This document shows, piece by piece, positions 59,078 through 64,000 of a DNA stretch of 64,000 nt (position 1 is its first letter; each line of letters opens with the position of its first letter). The notes below the pieces were generated by a model, which saw nothing but the letters and a program-made list of their open reading frames with translations, had not been told where the DNA came from and searched no databases. Where the stretch lies: assembly GCF_963921235.1 (NCBI RefSeq), contig NC_086102.1, forward strand, positions 44,392,001-44,456,000, in the 5' to 3' direction. The position numbers were made by a program, and so were the translations under genes. The DNA comes from Mobula hypostoma. Taxonomy: Eukaryota.

Positions 59078-60914
59078 TTATATCACCTCCACTTCAGAAC
59101 CAAGATCAGACCAGCCTCAGTAAGCAATCTGCAGTATGTGCAGGTTCAGAAGCCAAGATCCCCGTTGTCCTTTACTCATTCATAGAGCACACAAAGGAAA
59201 GCGCTCCACATTCAATGCCTGAAAAGCAAAAACAGTCCTAAGCAAACTTGCCCTACTTCTCAATGTGGCTCCTTGACAATAATGATTCATGACCAGATTC
59301 TGGGAAATAAGTATGCTTCCTGTACCTAGAGAACCACCTCTTAGCAAAAGAAACAGCAACTGTCTAAAGAAAAGATGGTTCACATGTCAAGACCTCAGCA
59401 CAAAACTCATGACTACTTGGCACTGTTATCCTCGTATTCATGTATACTTCTGAGATGTGGACCTTCTATAGCAGGCACCTCTAATCACAAATTAGATACT
59501 ACCAAGACTGCCTTTTGTTGAAGCGCACAAGACGCCCAGTGAAAACAGCAGTCAATATTACTCACCTGCCCACCTGTGTAAGGAGGCTGTATATTCCACC
59601 ATGGTCTGAGTAGTCACCTTGGAACACAGAAACTGCCCAGAATCAAGATGCATTTGGCTTTGAGGGACTGCCTGAAATGAAGAGGCTTTCTCTCTATAGT
59701 GCAATTATAACTAGCTTTGACCTTTAGGGCCATTTTGATTTGTTCCCGTATTATCATGAGGAGAAAAAGGATAAAGAAATATATATCATCATCGTTCAGT
59801 CAAGGCAGCGACAAGTCAATAACTCCAAAGATGGACTTGTCTGACTGACAGCTTCCCATAAACAACACTTCTAGTAGCAAACAATGGATCATGGTAGCTC
59901 CTCCGTTTCTGGTAACTAAAGGAGGCAGTTTGATGTCAGCTGTCTTAATTAATGAAGAGTGAGATTTCCAAATGAAATAGATAAAAGACCCTTTAATATT
60001 GCTTCGAACAGCTGCGTGACAGCTGCTGCCTGGAAGTGACTCTGTACCTCCCTTCCACTGTATTGCACAGTAAACCAGAGCTGACAGCCATTCAACATCA
60101 AAATTTATAATTAGGCCTTCTCATTAGAGAAGAGTGAAAGATAGATAAAAGCAAGCAGCCAAGCCAAATGACACCGAACTCTCCAGAGAGCAAGTTCGAG
60201 AGACTTCGATACTGCAATGGGTATAACTAATCAGGAAGAGAATTATGGTTTCTGCAAGCCTCAAGCACAGTGGGATGGAAACTATTGGACAGCTATCAAA
60301 ATATTACAAAAGCCCATCCCAGCCTGCGCGTGTGTGAATATCTATTGAATTCCACAATTTAAACAGAACTTAAAGTCATCATAAATGAATAAATTTATTC
60401 ACATTTGAACACATGCTCTATTCTGCATCAAGCAAATAACAATTTCTTTATTAATCCTTCTCACTTATGTTGCAACTTTCCTAGGAGCTGGGATTTTTTT
60501 TAAATCAAAAGCCTTGACTACTGTTAGTAGTAAGCAGCTGGAGACCCCAAGGACAGCAGAGAGCTTTACATCTGGAAGCAACTGAATCAGAGTAGCACAG
60601 GAATGCACTTCAGTAGATGCAACATTTGAGAACTCACAAATCATAAAGTTTCACAAGGGGAAAGGGATTGCCTATCCAAATGCAGGATTTTAATTGGCTT
60701 CACCCCAAACACGATGTAATAAATAAGTTATCAACATTCACCCGAGGTTTTTTTTCAAGTACCAGTGAAAGAAATAATTAATCATGTTTACTAGGCTGTA
60801 GGGAACGAGTTTTGGTTTATTTCAAAAGGTACTAGCTCATTTGATCCTTTAGAAACTACAAATGAGTCTGGAATAAATGGCGACCAAAAAAAAACTTTTA
60901 TTAATCTAGTAAAC

Positions 60915-61204
60915 ATGGTTCAGAGAATCCTATAGCATGGAGGCAGGCCAATCAGCCCAACTTGCCTATACCAACCAGTGAGTATCCATCTGTATTAATC
61001 AAATTGCTCAGCACTTGGTCCTTAGCCATTTATGCCTAAGTGACTCGAATGCTCATCTGAATGTTTTTTAATGCTGTCAGTAGCCCAGCTTCAACCCTTC
61101 TTTCAGACAGTGTATTCCTGGCATTTGGCACTCTCTGGGTGAATAAAGCCCCTCTCATTTCCAGTCAAAAGCTCTTCCCCTTACCCTGAACCTGTGTCCT
61201 CCAG
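60915..61204 (-). mobile_element. CR1 3' end, old
   Basis: ctatagcatggaggcaggccaatcagcccaac..cactctctgggtgaataaagc..ccttaccctgaacctgtgtcctc. Confidence 0.7.
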
Positions 61205-61485
61205 ATTTATCTACAAACGTTTGTACTTCTAATAAGAGTTGCTGTAGAGCATCCCAGATTGTTTGCATTCAATTAAAACGCAGCTGAAATGTAATTACAT
61301 TTGCATCTAGAGAAAACTGTCAGCCTATTAGCAAACAGCAAGGTCTGAACTGAGATATACAAAAAGATAATCCATTTTTGTGCTGTTCGTTAAGTGATAA
61401 ATATTGGCCAGGAACCAGAAAGAACACCCTGCCATGGGATTCTTCTAAATTCCATCAACAACAGCAGTCCTGTTTTGCCTCATAT
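61205..61485 (-). mobile_element. Ancient Deu-domain SINE
   Basis: acagcaaggtc..agataatccatttttg..gataaatattggccagga..gccatgggattcttc is the reverse complement of the same domain as 49700-49880. Confidence 0.6.
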
Positions 61486-61649
61486 ATGTGGGGTAAGGGA
61501 GTAACTAACCCACTTCCACTGGGCATCAACCATCTGTGAGTATCGGATAAAGTAGCTGAATGGAATTTACTGCACACCAGAGAGCAGCACAAAGGCAGCT
61601 CATTCAAGGCCTCTTCATGAATTCAGAATGCCTATCAGTACTATAATAA

Positions 61650-62240
61650 TCAGAATCAGATCTGGTTTTACTATCACTGATATAGGTCTGGAAATTTGTT
61701 TACCTTAATTAGTTTTCATGCCATACATAAAAATTACTATAAATTACAACAAGAAACATATTTTTAAAAATAAAAGTACAAAAGGAGAACAAAAGAGACA
61801 GGCAGTGTCAGGGGTTCAAGGGCCATTCAGAAATCTGATTGAAGAGGGGAAGAAGCTGTTCATAAAATTGAGTGTGCCCTTCAGGCCCCTGCACCCCCTC
61901 CCTGATGGTAGCAATGAGAGGTCTTGTTCTAGATGACGGGGGTCCCCAGTGATGGATGCGACCTTCTTGAACACCACCATCTGAAGATGTCCTTAATGCT
62001 GGGGAGGCTGGTACCTCAGATGGAGCTGGCTGAGTTCACAACTTTGTGCAGCTTTTCTCAGTCCTGTGCACCGGAGTTTCCACACCAGGCAACCACACAG
62101 AATGCTCGCCACAGCACACCTGCAGAAATTTGCTCGGGTTTTTGGTGTCCTGTCAAGTCTCATCAAGCTCATAATGAAGTATGGCCACTGGCTTCATGAC
62201 TGCATCAATATGATGCGCCCAGAATAGGTCCTCTGAGATG
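61650..62240 (-). mobile_element. Rex1-type LINE 3' part
   Basis: cagaatcaga..ttactatcactg tail; ggagctggctgagttcacaactttgtgcagc is the reverse of the KLQKVVNSA region seen at 44430-44460. Confidence 0.8.
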
Positions 62241-64000
62241 CTGAAAAATGTTGGTCGTCCAACATGCAGAATGTGCAATGGAACCACTCCTAATTGTAGT
62301 GGAGGAAGAGAAAAATGGTGGAGGTGATATTCCAGGTTATGGAGGAAGATAAATTTTTAGGTTGCCATGGAAACAGGTCAGCCCAGTTACGTGCCATGGT
62401 TATGGAGAGAGGTGTGCTCCACTTACCTGGGGATTCATTGGATTGGAGGAATGTGTGTGCAGTGACATTGAAAAGGTCCTGCAGCTGCATAGATCACTGG
62501 TCAGATGGGTTTGAGGAGGTATCAGGCTGCGGGTTTGCAAGAGCTAGCAGCTACAGATTTGACAGAGTGATCACTGTCAGAGATTGATGGCTACCATTTC
62601 ACAATCTGAGAGAAAATATAATCAAGATAAGAGAAGCTGTTCCCTCCAGGAACAGGTGTAGTGATCCAGGTATGCAACGCACACAGAACCTGTGGCAATA
62701 GAGTTTATGACTCACTGTCAGATGTTGATTGAAAAGGGATCGGAGAACTAAAGGAGAGAACTTCCCCAAGGGCAGGCACACTAGATGTTGGCCAGTGCAT
62801 GCTGTGGTACTGTACCAAGGAGATCAAAAGAAGATCAGGTTGTATAGGCCAAAGACTGTGGAGAAACAGTAGAGCAGTGAACAGCATGGAAACATTCCCA
62901 GAGGTGCAGCTTCACTGTGAGTTTCAAACAGCAGTGAAAAATACACCTTTCCAGACAGAAAGAAAACATTTACCACATCTTTTCTGAAAACCTTCAGTTT
63001 GCAGATCTGACCATTCAATATCCTGAGCTGGGCATACTTATTTCACTTTTAGGCAGTGAGTGAAGCAAACACTGCCTGACAATGGCAGCAAAATTCTTAG
63101 GCTGAAGGTGTTCATTCTGAACGCTTCTGCAGAGATCCCCACAACCTGGAAAAAATGTACCTTTGGTACAGTGTATCAAGTAAGCTAGTAAAAGAGGGTG
63201 AGAGGTCCCAAAGAGGACCTGACTGACTGAGTACAGAGTATGACTCGGACAATGACGGCATTTTAAGGGTAACGGGAATACCAGCAGTTCAGAACAGCAT
63301 TCATTTTGGACAGAACATGGCAATTAGTTCATTGTAATGCTGCAGTCATGGTTTTGCCATTGCAATGATGCACACAGATAAGATGAAATCACAGAAGCTT
63401 AATATGGTGTACTACAGCAAGGTCATTTCAAGCAAGTCAGGCGATGCTGTTGTGCTAAATGAGACTACGCAAGCCTTATGAAAGCATTTGATGTTTACAG
63501 GACTTCTCTTGTTTGCTGCATTGAATGGGCTGAATTAAGCTCAAACCAAACTTCAGGAAGGAATGTTATGCACTTGGAGGCAATTTAAGAGTTCAAAACA
63601 CCCATGAGTGATGTTAAATTAGGTCTGCTCTTCCTGATGTCAGTTCAGTGCACTATGACCAAAGGGAAGGACAAAGGCAATGTCTGTCTAACTTCAACTG
63701 AAAAAGAAAGTGTGTTGTGTTTTTCAGGAAGTCAAGGCTCACAAGATTAAGAGAACAGAGACATGAAGATAAGACTTGGGAAAGAATCATAGAAGATGAT
63801 ATGGTTTATTTACATTGTCTAGTAATGTACTGAAAACATTGTATAACTGTAACTGCTGTATTTAACAAGCAGTACTGCCCCACAAAGTTCAGACCTTCAG
63901 ACAATCTTCCAAACACATGTTATACAACATATTGCAACAATTGTATTCCTGGATGCAAGTGTTAAAGGAGTGAAAGTTACTTGAAAAGTGCTTTATTGGA

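Noticed and set aside
62421-62430. ACTTACCTGG resembling the U1 snRNA 5' end, or a strong minus-strand donor
   Set aside because: The following sequence is not U1. As a donor, the upstream peptide MQLQDLFNVTAHTFLQSNESP is not leader-like and lies among decayed repeats.

Overview
Vertebrate nuclear DNA, not prokaryotic. It is most likely from a cartilaginous fish, probably a ray; this is inferred from the repeat repertoire (V-SINE, Deu-domain SINE, CR1 with (TTCTATGT)n tail, Penelope-like elements). The only host coding sequence found is one 378-bp phase 1-1 exon on the minus strand (20246-20623) encoding the first Ig-V domain of an IGSF3-like (EWI family) protein. The next downstream exon is not in the window and the leader exon could not be firmly identified, so most or all of the window is long intron. 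The rest is mostly nested transposons: many CR1 and Rex1/Babar-type LINEs, a full-length L1 with a 19-bp TSD, RTEs, a HERO-type RLE retrotransposon, Penelope-like (GIY-YIG) elements, SINEs, a solo LTR and DNA MITEs. Highlights: (1) Penelope terminal repeats carry minimal, dimer-dependent hammerhead ribozymes. One copy has an intact core and lies in the sense of the IGSF3 pre-mRNA, and a second copy 4.1 kb away could act as its substrate half. (2) The L1 was nicked inside the predicted branch-point motif of the IGSF3 exon. (3) There is a young HERO copy with a structured 3' UTR and an RT-less RTE with a 13-bp TSD. Element families were assigned from recalled motifs, not database searches. Boundaries not fixed by TSDs or splice sites are approximate (about 20-50 bp).
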